Positions 39,346-48,220 of a stretch of DNA of 64,000 bases are shown piece after piece. Each line of letters begins with the position of its first letter. Positions within the stretch are counted from its first letter, which is position 1. Source of the stretch: an uncultured Candidatus Saccharibacteria bacterium (GTDB lineage: Bacteria > Patescibacteriota > Minisyncoccia > Minisyncoccales > CSSED10-335); contig CAZPFW010000001.1 of assembly GCA_964586065.1 (NCBI GenBank), positions 195,614 through 259,613 of the forward strand, read 5' to 3'. A program made the position numbers and the translations under genes. The notes beneath the pieces are model-generated. The model saw nothing but the letters and a program-made list of their open reading frames with translations, was not told the origin of the DNA and did not search any database.

Positions 39346-39441
39346 GAGTTAGTCTTAATAGATTATCTGCTATTAAATAATTGGCTTTATTATAGCATCA
39401 AATCTTTTTCGATAGAAGCTTGAAATAAATCTATTAGATTC

Positions 39442-39789
39442 CTAATAATCTCTTATCACCTCAAGAAGAGCTGTTGCGTTATTATGTTTCTCGTCTTTTG
39501 CTCCATATAAAAGAGTGACCTTCTTCTCTTTCTTAATCAATTGATCAAGTCTTTCTAATAATTCTTTCTTTGTCTTCAGTTCTTTTTTATATCTGTTCTT
39601 GAATTCCAGCCATTTATCAGGATCGTGTGAGAACCACTCTCTCAAACTCTTGCTTGGGGCTATCTCCTTCAACCATAAATCTATCTTTGCTTTTTCTTTC
39701 GTTAATCCTCTGGGCCATAAACCATCCACTAAAATCCTAAAGCCGTCATCTTTATCGAAAAGATCATAAATTCTTTTGATCTTTAACAT
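39442..39789 (-). CDS. DUF488 family protein
   Basis: [62 protein letters not shown] matches the DUF488 pattern. Confidence 0.75.
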   Translation of the reverse strand: MLKIKRIYDLFDKDDGFRILVDGLWPRGLTKEKAKIDLWLKEIAPSKSLREWFSHDPDKWLEFKNRYKKELKTKKELLERLDQLIKKEKKVTLLYGAKDEKHNNATALLEVIRDY

Positions 39790-39804
39790 TTAATGAATAT
39801 TCTT

Positions 39805-40728
39805 TTAATAACAGACGGGATAAAGCAACTCTTCTTCTGTAACAGGGTCAAGCATTTCAATCGGAGTTGACGGTTTAGGAACTTCATATTTTACCTCTCT
39901 ATTGGTAGGAATATCCGCGTTATCCAACTCCAAAAGTTCCAAGTTCTTAATCCAGTCATCAAATCCTCTCCAAGAAACTCTGTCCGAATCCAAAGCTTTT
40001 TCGTAAGCTTTCCACCAGGCTAAACGAGTTCCTCCCAGATAAGCATGGGAAACCAAAATCATGTCCGAAGGGTTCTTGTCAATGGATCCGGTTACCACCT
40101 CGCTGAAATCTTCTGCAGTGGCTCCTCTCGCCCATAAACTGTAATCACACAAAGAACCCGTCCCCATTTCTTGAAAAGGAATATTTGAGACTGAAATTAT
40201 TTTAACATCATACTCATTCGGCTTATAAACCATAGCTTTCTCTCCCGCCGTTCCTCGAGCCAAAACATAATCAATTCCCAATTGATCGGCTGCTTTAAGA
40301 GTATTTTCATCGTAGGCAAAATATTTACTTCCCAACACTCTCATCGGTTTGCCGGTTACGACTTCCACCGCTTCCTTGGTCTCTTTCATTAAATCGTACT
40401 GCTGTTCATAAGGCATGTCCCAAAAAGGATCGCCCGAGCAAGTTCCCGATATCTCGTGCCCTTCTTCGGCCAATCTCTTAAATTCATCACTATATTGATT
40501 TAAGAGATCTTCTTGAACACTTATTAGAGCTGTTAAATTCCTCTCTTTTAAAGCTTTGTCCCAATTATTAATACCTTCTACACTTTCAAACTCTATAAGC
40601 ATAATAAGTCCGTTAATTCGATCTTCTATTCCAACTTCCACTTCGTTCTGTTTTTGGTCACTTAGAAGATAAGCGGCGATAAAGACTATTAAAAGAATTC
40701 CTAATACGATTAAAACTTTCTTTTTCAT
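39805..40728 (-). CDS. TM-anchored extracellular protein, possibly polysaccharide deacetylase (NodB-like) fold
   Basis: N-terminal helix. EEGHEISGT and GKPMRVLGSKYFAYDENTLKAADQLGIDYV loosely resemble NodB motifs, a weak assignment. Confidence 0.4.
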   Translation of the reverse strand: MKKKVLIVLGILLIVFIAAYLLSDQKQNEVEVGIEDRINGLIMLIEFESVEGINNWDKALKERNLTALISVQEDLLNQYSDEFKRLAEEGHEISGTCSGDPFWDMPYEQQYDLMKETKEAVEVVTGKPMRVLGSKYFAYDENTLKAADQLGIDYVLARGTAGEKAMVYKPNEYDVKIISVSNIPFQEMGTGSLCDYSLWARGATAEDFSEVVTGSIDKNPSDMILVSHAYLGGTRLAWWKAYEKALDSDRVSWRGFDDWIKNLELLELDNADIPTNREVKYEVPKPSTPIEMLDPVTEEELLYPVCY

Positions 40729-40960
40729 CCTGATTTTATTAATTATTTTTTATCTAAACTAAATAATTTTAACCTTTAGGTCTGAAAATGCAAATATCGC
40801 TCTAATTTCCCATAATTCTAATAGCCAATTTCTTTTAAAATCAATTCTCTATCCGATGATTGAGCAGGGTAGCTATTAAGAGAAGAACAGATACTACGAT
40901 CAAAAATAAAAGTCTCGGGGTCTAAAAATACGACTTCAGGAATAAATATGTTATTCCATT

Positions 40961-40990
40961 AAAACAAAGAATCGCTTTAAAAGCGATTCT
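40961..40990 (-). terminator. Rho-independent terminator after the peroxiredoxin gene
   Basis: AGAATCGCTT-TAA-AAGCGATTCT stem-loop (40968-40990), followed on the minus strand by TTGTTTT. Confidence 0.55.
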
Positions 40991-41014
40991 TCCAAAGAAA
41001 GATTAAAAGTTTTT

Positions 41015-41689
41015 TTATTCTTCCACTTTTTTGTAACATAGCCACCAATCAAGACATGTGAATTCCCCACTTTTACTCTTTTCCAGTCTCTCTTTTGCAG
41101 TATCTACATCTGTTGCCGGAGAAATGATTACCTGATCTCCGATGATCTCATTGTTGGGCCAATCGGCCGGCATAGCCACCTTATTCTTATCGGAAAATTG
41201 CATGGCTCTCACAATGCGAACGATCTCATCCATATTGCGACCCAACTCTTGGGGATAATAGAGTATGGTTCTGATCAATCCCTCACTGTCTACTACAAAA
41301 ACAGCTCTTACCGTATTGGTTCCCTTCCCTGAATGGATAAGTCCCAACTTTTCTGCAACTTGTCCCGTGTCAGCTATAATTGGAAAGGTTATCTCAACAT
41401 TAAGATTGTCTTTGATCCATTCTTCCCACTTGATATGAGAGAAGACTTGATCAACGCTCATTCCGATTAACTCACAATTCAAATCTTTGAATTGGTCATA
41501 TCTTTTCTGAAAGGAGACGAACTCGGTCGTACAGACCGGGGTAAAATCCGCTGGATGACTAAAGAGAACAAACCATTTACCCGAAAGATCGTTTGGCAGG
41601 CTCATTTTGCCTCTGGTGGTAACAACTTCCATTTCCGGGAATTTATCACCTAACAATGGCATGCCTTTCTGTTTTTCCATATTATCCAT
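41015..41689 (-). CDS. Peroxiredoxin (1-Cys/Prx6-like)
   Basis: [18 protein letters not shown] peroxidatic-Cys motif, 224 aa. Confidence 0.92.
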   Translation of the reverse strand: MDNMEKQKGMPLLGDKFPEMEVVTTRGKMSLPNDLSGKWFVLFSHPADFTPVCTTEFVSFQKRYDQFKDLNCELIGMSVDQVFSHIKWEEWIKDNLNVEITFPIIADTGQVAEKLGLIHSGKGTNTVRAVFVVDSEGLIRTILYYPQELGRNMDEIVRIVRAMQFSDKNKVAMPADWPNNEIIGDQVIISPATDVDTAKERLEKSKSGEFTCLDWWLCYKKVEE

Positions 41690-41962
41690 CTTTTTATTAT
41701 ATTATTTTTTAATATTCTGATTATACCACATATTTCTTTTTTCACCTTAAATCAAAATTATTAATATGCCATCATTGCAAATTAATTCATACTCAATCTC
41801 GTTTTAATTACTAAATTTGATTTTTTGTTTGTGAATTTCTCGTTTCTATTGATGACATCGCTTTATTTACAGATATCAAAAAAATAAACAACACTAAACC
41901 AATGATAAAAAATTAGAAAGTCTAAACAAAAAGAATCATGGTTTTAAGGTTAAATCATTTTG

Positions 41963-42553
41963 TTATTTAGCAACCTTCTCGTAATAGGCAGGTTTTGAGG
42001 AACTGATTAACACTTTCTTTTGACTTTGCTTCGGTACGGTTTTGTATACAGGTGCGTTCCATTGTAAAACTCCGCCGTGATGAGAACACGCACCTCTGCC
42101 TGTGGCACAAGTTGGTGAATATGTACCATCTTTACAAAGAGTGCAATAACCTACAACCTCTTTATTATACGTCGTTACCGTCTCATAATCATACACTTCC
42201 GGCACTTCGGGATGGTATACATAAGAGCTGTAAACAACTCCTTCAAAGATACAATCTTTTATTATTAAAATACCGTCACACTCGGGTATACTCTCGTCTT
42301 TTTCATCGAGCAGATTAACAGTCTCTTCTACTTTGGCAGTTTTCTCTACATTGGCGGATTCCTCCGTTCTGCCGATCTCTCCCATATTCAAAGCTTCTTC
42401 GCTGACCGTTTCTTCTATATCAACAACTTCCTCTATGCTGATAGCTTCTTCTATCGCAACTCCATAACTTCCCAGAGGTGAATGATTTATGCTTGCTACG
42501 CTTAAAACACAAACGAAGCTAGCTAGAATGGTACCTATAAGGACTCTTTTCAT
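41963..42553 (-). CDS. Secreted protein with acidic V/I-E-E-T repeats and a C-terminal DUF3761-like Cys motif
   Basis: Signal-like N-terminus; IEEAISIEEVVDIEETVSEE..VEKTAKVEETV repeats; CTLCKDGTYSPTCATGRGACSHHGGV resembles the DUF3761 GxCSxHGGV signature. Confidence 0.55.
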   Translation of the reverse strand: MKRVLIGTILASFVCVLSVASINHSPLGSYGVAIEEAISIEEVVDIEETVSEEALNMGEIGRTEESANVEKTAKVEETVNLLDEKDESIPECDGILIIKDCIFEGVVYSSYVYHPEVPEVYDYETVTTYNKEVVGYCTLCKDGTYSPTCATGRGACSHHGGVLQWNAPVYKTVPKQSQKKVLISSSKPAYYEKVAK

Positions 42554-42608
42554 TAATTATTTCATAACAGAAATCCGTTCTTTTATCAAATAAATTATCT
42601 TAATTTAG

Positions 42609-42672
42609 AATTCTATTGCAAGAAGAAAAAAACTGTGTTTTTGATAATTCTTCTTCCAATTTAGATAGAATT
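42609..42672. repeat. Long imperfect inverted repeat (three stacked helices)
   Basis: AATTCTAT (42609-16) / ATAGAATT (42665-72); AAGAAGAA (42620-27) / TTCTTCTT (42648-55); AAAAAC (42628-33) / GTTTTT (42637-42). Lies at the junction between core genes and the accessory patch. Confidence 0.4.
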
Positions 42673-42689
42673 GTCAGATAATCCTATTT

Positions 42690-42815
42690 GACTCAGAGCC
42701 GTGTGTGAACTTAGAGCCGTGATCATGAACGGCTGGCACTCCTACGAAATGGACGCGGCCGTCAAAATGCTCCGCCACAAGTCGCCATTTGATTGGATTG
42801 AGTAAATCCTTTATA
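42690..42815. other. Orphan GC-rich fragment (probable remnant of a foreign gene), strand and identity unresolved
   Basis: Visibly much more GC-rich than either flank. Open on + (..LRAVCELRAVIMNGWHSYEMDAAVKMLRHKSPFDWIE*) and on - (..NPIKWRLVAEHFDGRVHFVGVPAVHDHGSKF..) with no convincing start. Contains AGAGCCGTG twice (42694-42702 and 42712-42720). Confidence 0.3.
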
Positions 42816-42817
42816 TC

Positions 42818-45532
42818 TTAAAGGCTAAATTTATATTTTAATAAATGTGCGTCCTTTTTGTTAAATTTTTGTTCCAACGCTCCTATGATTTTATTCTGAG
42901 TTTCGGGCGTCCAATAAATTTTCAACTTCTTTTTTGCTCTTGTAATCGCCGTATAAAATACGTTGTGAGAGATTCTCTCTTCTGTTTCATTCGTAATAAC
43001 AATTTTTACAGAATCGTATTCTAAACCTTGCGCCTTATGGATAGATACAGCGTAAGCAACCTGAAAAGGTACAATATCTGATGCAGAATCATCGTCATCT
43101 TCATCCGTACTCCTAAGCTTGTTAGCACTAAATCGGATGACAGATGTGGCTTCTTCAATGCTATCCAACAACTCCAGATCATCGTATCCTCGAATATCTA
43201 GCTCAGAAATCACTTTATCAATTTGAATATCAAATTGGATTCTTTCCTCGAATATTTGAATATTAAGTATTTTCCCTTTTAGATTGTTGTGGATTACTGA
43301 TCCAAACCTATTGGATTCATTAAATAAAACAGGATCGTCAGTTTTGTATGTATGAACTCCCCACGCTACTGGTTTTTTCTCGTTACTTTCCTGTAAAAAT
43401 CTATTGATGTTATTTATGCCATAAAATCCATCGTAGTTTAGACACAAAATTATTTCATCATCTTCGGAGTGTTTAAAAATTGAATCATCCAATTTACTCG
43501 AATATTTGTTTTGTGTTATGTGCTCATCAATATCTTCCTCGAGGTTTCGAACTTTATCCCATAATCTCAACAGGTCACTATTATTTTTTGCGCGCCAGGG
43601 GACGGTTAATTCAATTGCGGATGATTCTGGGACAAAACTCTTGGCTATATAAAACCAATTTCCAAATCGAATTGATTCTATTTGGAATATATCTCCGACA
43701 AGAATTAGGGCCCCAAAGGATGCCTTCCTAAGTATGTCACGCATATCTATATTGCTCACGACGCTACACTCATCAATAATTAAAATATCAAACTCTGTTC
43801 TTTCCCCATTTCCGTTCAAAAAACTTCTTATTGTTTTAAATTCGGTGTTTTGAGCAGTGATCCTGCTTCTTAAATTACTAACTGCAGAGTGTGTATTCGC
43901 CAAGTAAAGTTTTGATCTTTCATTATGAAATTTGGAGATATGCTCTATCAACTTTGTTTTCCCTGTTCCTGCAGCACCATAAATTAACGACACTTTGGAA
44001 GCCGTAAACATACCCCTAAGCGCTGCTTTTTTCTGAGAACAATCAACATCCGAATCCGGCGAGGCTAGCCATGCATTAATTGAATTCGAGTAATTTTTTA
44101 TACCTGATGCCGATAAATCTTTTAACTTTCTAACAATTTCAATAACAGCGTTTTCGTATCCGGTAATGTAAACGTGATCTTTATATATTTCAAGTTTGCG
44201 ATCCCTCTGGGTTTCAGTACCCTGGTAAAGCAAACTATTAAATTTATCTATGAGTCCATTAATATCCTCGAAATGATTCATGTCTTCTATCGGTGTGTAC
44301 AACCATCCCTTAATTTCCGCGTTGCTTGTTATACGTCGAGCAAATAATTCATGCTCTCTACCAGTGTCATCTATACAATCTAACAGATCATAAATTACGG
44401 GAGTATGCTTTACGGGACAACTAGCAAAAGGCATTTCATCAAAAGGAATACACCCATACAGAAGATTTAGGTTTGATAATTTTAAGTTACCGTCCCTATT
44501 ATATTGCTCTTTTATAACCCTATTATTTAGGTGGTAAAGTAAGTATCTAAGTACATTGGTTCCGGGAGAACGCTTCTGCACAAACTCACGACTTTTATCT
44601 AACAAATCAAGTATTCGGGCCGTTGTAGCCTTTTGGGTAATTCTATTTTTAAATCTATTGTAGTAATTATCGGGAAAATCTATTATTTCAATCAAGTTCA
44701 AACCATTTTCTGTTAAAAAAGACATTATTTCATCGTATTCTTTAGTTTTGCTGTATTCTTTAGAATCTGAGGCAAAGATATTTTCATAATTCTTAAATTC
44801 ACACGGGCGTATCGAAACTTCCCAATCATCTATAATCTGTATCGGCATTCTCTTACCCGACACCTCAATGTAATCTCTGCTAACAATAAATTTCACTGCA
44901 TAGTTCTCAATTATTTCCAATTTTGTAAAAGCAATAAGCCTATCAAACTTGCGAGTCTTGTCATCAGCAATTCTAAAGGTCACTTCATAAAATATTTCTT
45001 GGTTTACAAAGAAAGGTTTTACTTTTTGTATATAAAATCTTTCGTTATATCCACTGCTTGCCAGTCTTGATTGTGGTTCTTTTATTTTTTTTGCTATTTT
45101 TTCATAGTACTCATTGAGCGTCCGATCCGTATTTAATGGGAACTTATCGATATTATTTAAAACCTCAAAATTATAGGCTGTCTTTAAGAAAGATTTAATT
45201 TTAAGTAGATATTCATAGTACTTCAACATTAATCTTTCTGAAACTTCTTCGTCAGTCGCATAGTGTGATTTTGAATGTTGAAGAAATTTATGAAATTTAC
45301 TCAAAAATCTTAAGTTAGCTTTCGAAGCGACGTAATTTTTTGCTTTATCCTCAAAAATCTCATAACTATATTCGGTTTCACCAGCAGCCTTGACGGAGAT
45401 GGCCTCAACAAAAGTCCTTAGTTTATCCAAGATGTTTTGTGATAAAAATCCTCGCTGGTCCGCACTAAATGTATCAATTAGTTTGCATATTGATTCGTTA
45501 ACTATATTGATTTGTTCATCTACTTTTCTCAT
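42818..45532 (-). CDS. SF1 (RecD/Pif1/TraA-like, AAA_30 + UvrD_C_2-type) helicase with ~510-aa uncharacterised N-terminal region
   Basis: GAAGTGKT (aa519-526), ILIIDECS (583-590), LVGDIFQ (611-617), AVSIHKAQGLEYDSV (828-842), YTAITRAKKKL (860-870). No motif recognised in aa 1-510. Confidence 0.8.
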   Translation of the reverse strand: MRKVDEQINIVNESICKLIDTFSADQRGFLSQNILDKLRTFVEAISVKAAGETEYSYEIFEDKAKNYVASKANLRFLSKFHKFLQHSKSHYATDEEVSERLMLKYYEYLLKIKSFLKTAYNFEVLNNIDKFPLNTDRTLNEYYEKIAKKIKEPQSRLASSGYNERFYIQKVKPFFVNQEIFYEVTFRIADDKTRKFDRLIAFTKLEIIENYAVKFIVSRDYIEVSGKRMPIQIIDDWEVSIRPCEFKNYENIFASDSKEYSKTKEYDEIMSFLTENGLNLIEIIDFPDNYYNRFKNRITQKATTARILDLLDKSREFVQKRSPGTNVLRYLLYHLNNRVIKEQYNRDGNLKLSNLNLLYGCIPFDEMPFASCPVKHTPVIYDLLDCIDDTGREHELFARRITSNAEIKGWLYTPIEDMNHFEDINGLIDKFNSLLYQGTETQRDRKLEIYKDHVYITGYENAVIEIVRKLKDLSASGIKNYSNSINAWLASPDSDVDCSQKKAALRGMFTASKVSLIYGAAGTGKTKLIEHISKFHNERSKLYLANTHSAVSNLRSRITAQNTEFKTIRSFLNGNGERTEFDILIIDECSVVSNIDMRDILRKASFGALILVGDIFQIESIRFGNWFYIAKSFVPESSAIELTVPWRAKNNSDLLRLWDKVRNLEEDIDEHITQNKYSSKLDDSIFKHSEDDEIILCLNYDGFYGINNINRFLQESNEKKPVAWGVHTYKTDDPVLFNESNRFGSVIHNNLKGKILNIQIFEERIQFDIQIDKVISELDIRGYDDLELLDSIEEATSVIRFSANKLRSTDEDDDDSASDIVPFQVAYAVSIHKAQGLEYDSVKIVITNETEERISHNVFYTAITRAKKKLKIYWTPETQNKIIGALEQKFNKKDAHLLKYKFSL

Positions 45533-45567
45533 AGCTCGTTTCTGCTTATTCTCCTAACCCTGGTTTC

Positions 45568-48021
45568 TTAAGATTTAATATTTGTATTTCCACAGGAACA
45601 CCTCACTGAATCCGGCGTCTTTGGCGGCGTTGTAATTAAATAAAAGAGACTAGAACACTCTGGCTTTTGACAGAAGAACTTACTTACTAAATTGCGGAAA
45701 GCGGTAACTACGGGAGTAAAATCATTAACAGCAAAATTTGCCCATTCATTGTAGTGAATGGCTGGATTAACTTGCCATTGTTCAGCGTTAGTCGCGAGAA
45801 AAGAGTCGCCAAGGCTCTTTTCTCGAGCCTTAAGAGCTTCGGCTATATCAGTTGTTTTCCAAGCTTCAGCGGTCTTTGCGCCATCAAGCATAAGATCACG
45901 AAAATGTCGGATAGCCGGAGCAAGCATGTCTCCCAATTTATAACGACCATCACCTCTAAACTCAACTCTTACATGAAGACTATCACATACCTCTCTAAAA
46001 ACATACTCTAGATAATAACGAAGCAGGCTGGCAGCCGTACGAACATCATTTGTTTTTAATGCGTTATCTATTTCAGTCCACACATCGCGCGTTTTCCATT
46101 CAGCTGGTCCATGATCGGGAGTCCAATTACTAAAATGAGTGGCGTTGATAGGTTTAATGAGGCCGGCTGTTGTCATTAATTTTAACCAAACTTCGTCGTG
46201 TGTTGTGAGAATAAATTGTGTATTTGGAAAATACTGTTTTAACAAATTACAGACTTCACGACGATGGACCGTATCAACCGACATCAAGACGTCATCAAGC
46301 ACTGCAAACCTAAAATTATTCCCTTGCAATTTTTTCATCAACGCCAAATACAGACAGAGACCCATTGCGTCTTGATGACCTTCGCTGTGATACGCGCCCG
46401 GAGGAAAATGCCCACGACCATAAAAATCAACATCAAAACCTAACTTACCAATAGATGGAGTGAGTTTCGCAGTAAAACTTCCTTCGTCCTCGATATTAAT
46501 AGCGCAGTATAAGCTCGAGAATTCGCCCTCAACATCCTTATAGACATCTTCTAATGCTTTATTGCTAACATCCGTATAAATGTCATATATCTTTTTAGTT
46601 AATTCAGCGCGTTTTTTTGCCTTATCAGCTTCGCGAGCTGCTTTTCTATAAGTTTCAAGACGATCTTGTGCTCGGATAATATAATCGCGTGCAGCCTCCT
46701 GCTGTGTAGGTTCTGGTATGGCTGTCACGGCCTTCTCAATATCCGCGATAATTTTTGTAATACTTTCCGGTATAACTGGAATTTTTTCAGTGGCAGATAT
46801 TGTATCAGTTAGAGGGAGAAAGTTTTTTAGTGATTTGCGATAAGACGCCAGTGATGCCCGATAAGCTGCAAGAGATATTATGTGTTCAGTGGTGAAAACT
46901 TTTGCCAATTTTTCTATTAAAGTAATGGCGTCATCGACTTTGTCAATAAGTGAAATGATTAGCTCTAGTCGAAGTTCAAGTTCTGTTCGCGTTTTTGTTA
47001 CCTCTTCAAATTTTTGAAGTTTGGCACGAATAAATCCCTGCAGCGTGGGCATATCCCATTTAGTGTCACAAACTGGGCAAGCTTCTTCCGTAACAAAATC
47101 AATAGCAGTTCGTAAAAATTTTTCGCGGGATACACTTTCCGTGGCTATTGGGTTGTTGCTTAAAATACTAAGTTTATCTTTCAAATCTAAACACTCTGTT
47201 GCCATTTTTTCGCTGGTAATTTTTTGCAATTCGTCAGAGCATAGTTTCAAATCTGCCAACGCAGACGTTTTATTAACCTTTGGGAGGGCTGCCACTTTTG
47301 TACTAGTTTCCAACCCATCATTAAAAGCCGTGGTTGCGGTTAAATCTACAAGTTGTGTTAAACCGAGAATAACGCGACGTAAGTTAATAGCTTCTAAAAT
47401 CTTGTTCTTTTCTATGTCGGAAATTTCTAGAGCCTGCGCCAAACTTTCACTAGCTTGAGATTGTACTCTCTTAAAATCCTTTGACTCCTTATCATATGAA
47501 TTTGAGATAGTTTTTAAATTACTTCGTAATTCTCCCACCTGATCAAGACGCAAAAGTGCCTGCACCTCCTCTGATCTGTTTCCTGGCTTTGATATTACAT
47601 AACGTATAATTTCTCGGCGTGATAACACAAACTCTGGATGTCCATCAAACTGCGATAGAGCAGCAAGTATTTCTGGAGAAGTAGGAGTAATGCTTGGTGT
47701 AGTCGGGTTTTTAACATTCCTAACAAGCATCACTTCCTTATCAGCAAGCGATGATATTTTTAATACAACGGTAACACAAGCTTTTTCTGGGTTATCTCGA
47801 CTATCGACGTGCGGAGCGTGCTTTTTAACCGAAATATTGCCCATGCCTTCACCTGATAAACGAGAAATATTCCCCGTTAAAGCAAACTCAAGCGCATCGA
47901 CAACCCCGCTTTTACCCGTGCCGTTTGGACCACATATTGCATAATTTTCACCGTTAAAATCGAGGGTTAGATTACGAATACCGCGGAATTCTTCAATTTT
48001 AATTTTTTCGACTTTAATCAT
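45568..48021 (-). CDS. ABC/SMC-type ATPase with coiled-coil insert carrying a CPVC zinc-hook-like motif (Rad50/SbcC/RloC-like architecture), unassigned C-terminal domain and terminal Cys4 ribbon
   Basis: IEEFRGIRNLTLDF..ICGPNGTGKSGVVDALEFALTG (aa 9-50), helical region ~165-500 with ACPVCDTKW at 314-322, YHSEGHQDAMGLCLYLAL (544-561), FAVLDDVLMSVD (572-583), ILTTHD (604-609), C-terminal CQKPEC..CSC (784-810). Confidence 0.75.
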   Translation of the reverse strand: MIKVEKIKIEEFRGIRNLTLDFNGENYAICGPNGTGKSGVVDALEFALTGNISRLSGEGMGNISVKKHAPHVDSRDNPEKACVTVVLKISSLADKEVMLVRNVKNPTTPSITPTSPEILAALSQFDGHPEFVLSRREIIRYVISKPGNRSEEVQALLRLDQVGELRSNLKTISNSYDKESKDFKRVQSQASESLAQALEISDIEKNKILEAINLRRVILGLTQLVDLTATTAFNDGLETSTKVAALPKVNKTSALADLKLCSDELQKITSEKMATECLDLKDKLSILSNNPIATESVSREKFLRTAIDFVTEEACPVCDTKWDMPTLQGFIRAKLQKFEEVTKTRTELELRLELIISLIDKVDDAITLIEKLAKVFTTEHIISLAAYRASLASYRKSLKNFLPLTDTISATEKIPVIPESITKIIADIEKAVTAIPEPTQQEAARDYIIRAQDRLETYRKAAREADKAKKRAELTKKIYDIYTDVSNKALEDVYKDVEGEFSSLYCAINIEDEGSFTAKLTPSIGKLGFDVDFYGRGHFPPGAYHSEGHQDAMGLCLYLALMKKLQGNNFRFAVLDDVLMSVDTVHRREVCNLLKQYFPNTQFILTTHDEVWLKLMTTAGLIKPINATHFSNWTPDHGPAEWKTRDVWTEIDNALKTNDVRTAASLLRYYLEYVFREVCDSLHVRVEFRGDGRYKLGDMLAPAIRHFRDLMLDGAKTAEAWKTTDIAEALKAREKSLGDSFLATNAEQWQVNPAIHYNEWANFAVNDFTPVVTAFRNLVSKFFCQKPECSSLFYLITTPPKTPDSVRCSCGNTNIKS

Positions 48022-48212
48022 GTTTTTATATTTCCATTGGAAAATAACGCCGCCTTAAGTTCCTCAACTGAAACCCTACCCTCATCCATGAGAGTTTTTT
48101 TAAGACATCCGATAACTTCTTCCGACACTTTCTGGGTTCCCAATTCTTTTAAGAATTGATCAAATACTTGTTGCGGTACACTTATTATTTTATTATCTGT
48201 TTTATCTGACAT
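48018..48212 (-). CDS. 64-aa hypothetical protein, translationally coupled to the ATPase gene
   Basis: ATGA start/stop overlap at 48018-48021; 8-nt gap to the upstream ORF; predicted helical; no family recognised. Confidence 0.45.
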   Translation of the reverse strand: MSDKTDNKIISVPQQVFDQFLKELGTQKVSEEVIGCLKKTLMDEGRVSVEELKAALFSNGNIKT

Positions 48213-48220
48213 GTTTTTGA

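Noticed and set aside
42725-42805. Short ATG-initiated ORF MNGWHSYEMDAAVKMLRHKSPFDWIE as a real small gene
   Set aside because: It has no SD and sits in an anomalous GC-rich scrap that is equally open on the other strand. It is more likely a remnant than a functional gene.
47021-47458. 145-aa plus-strand ORF (and other 60-100-aa antisense ORFs throughout the track)
   Set aside because: These are embedded antisense in long genes with clear motifs. They are typical shadow ORFs and none has recognisable motifs or translation signals.
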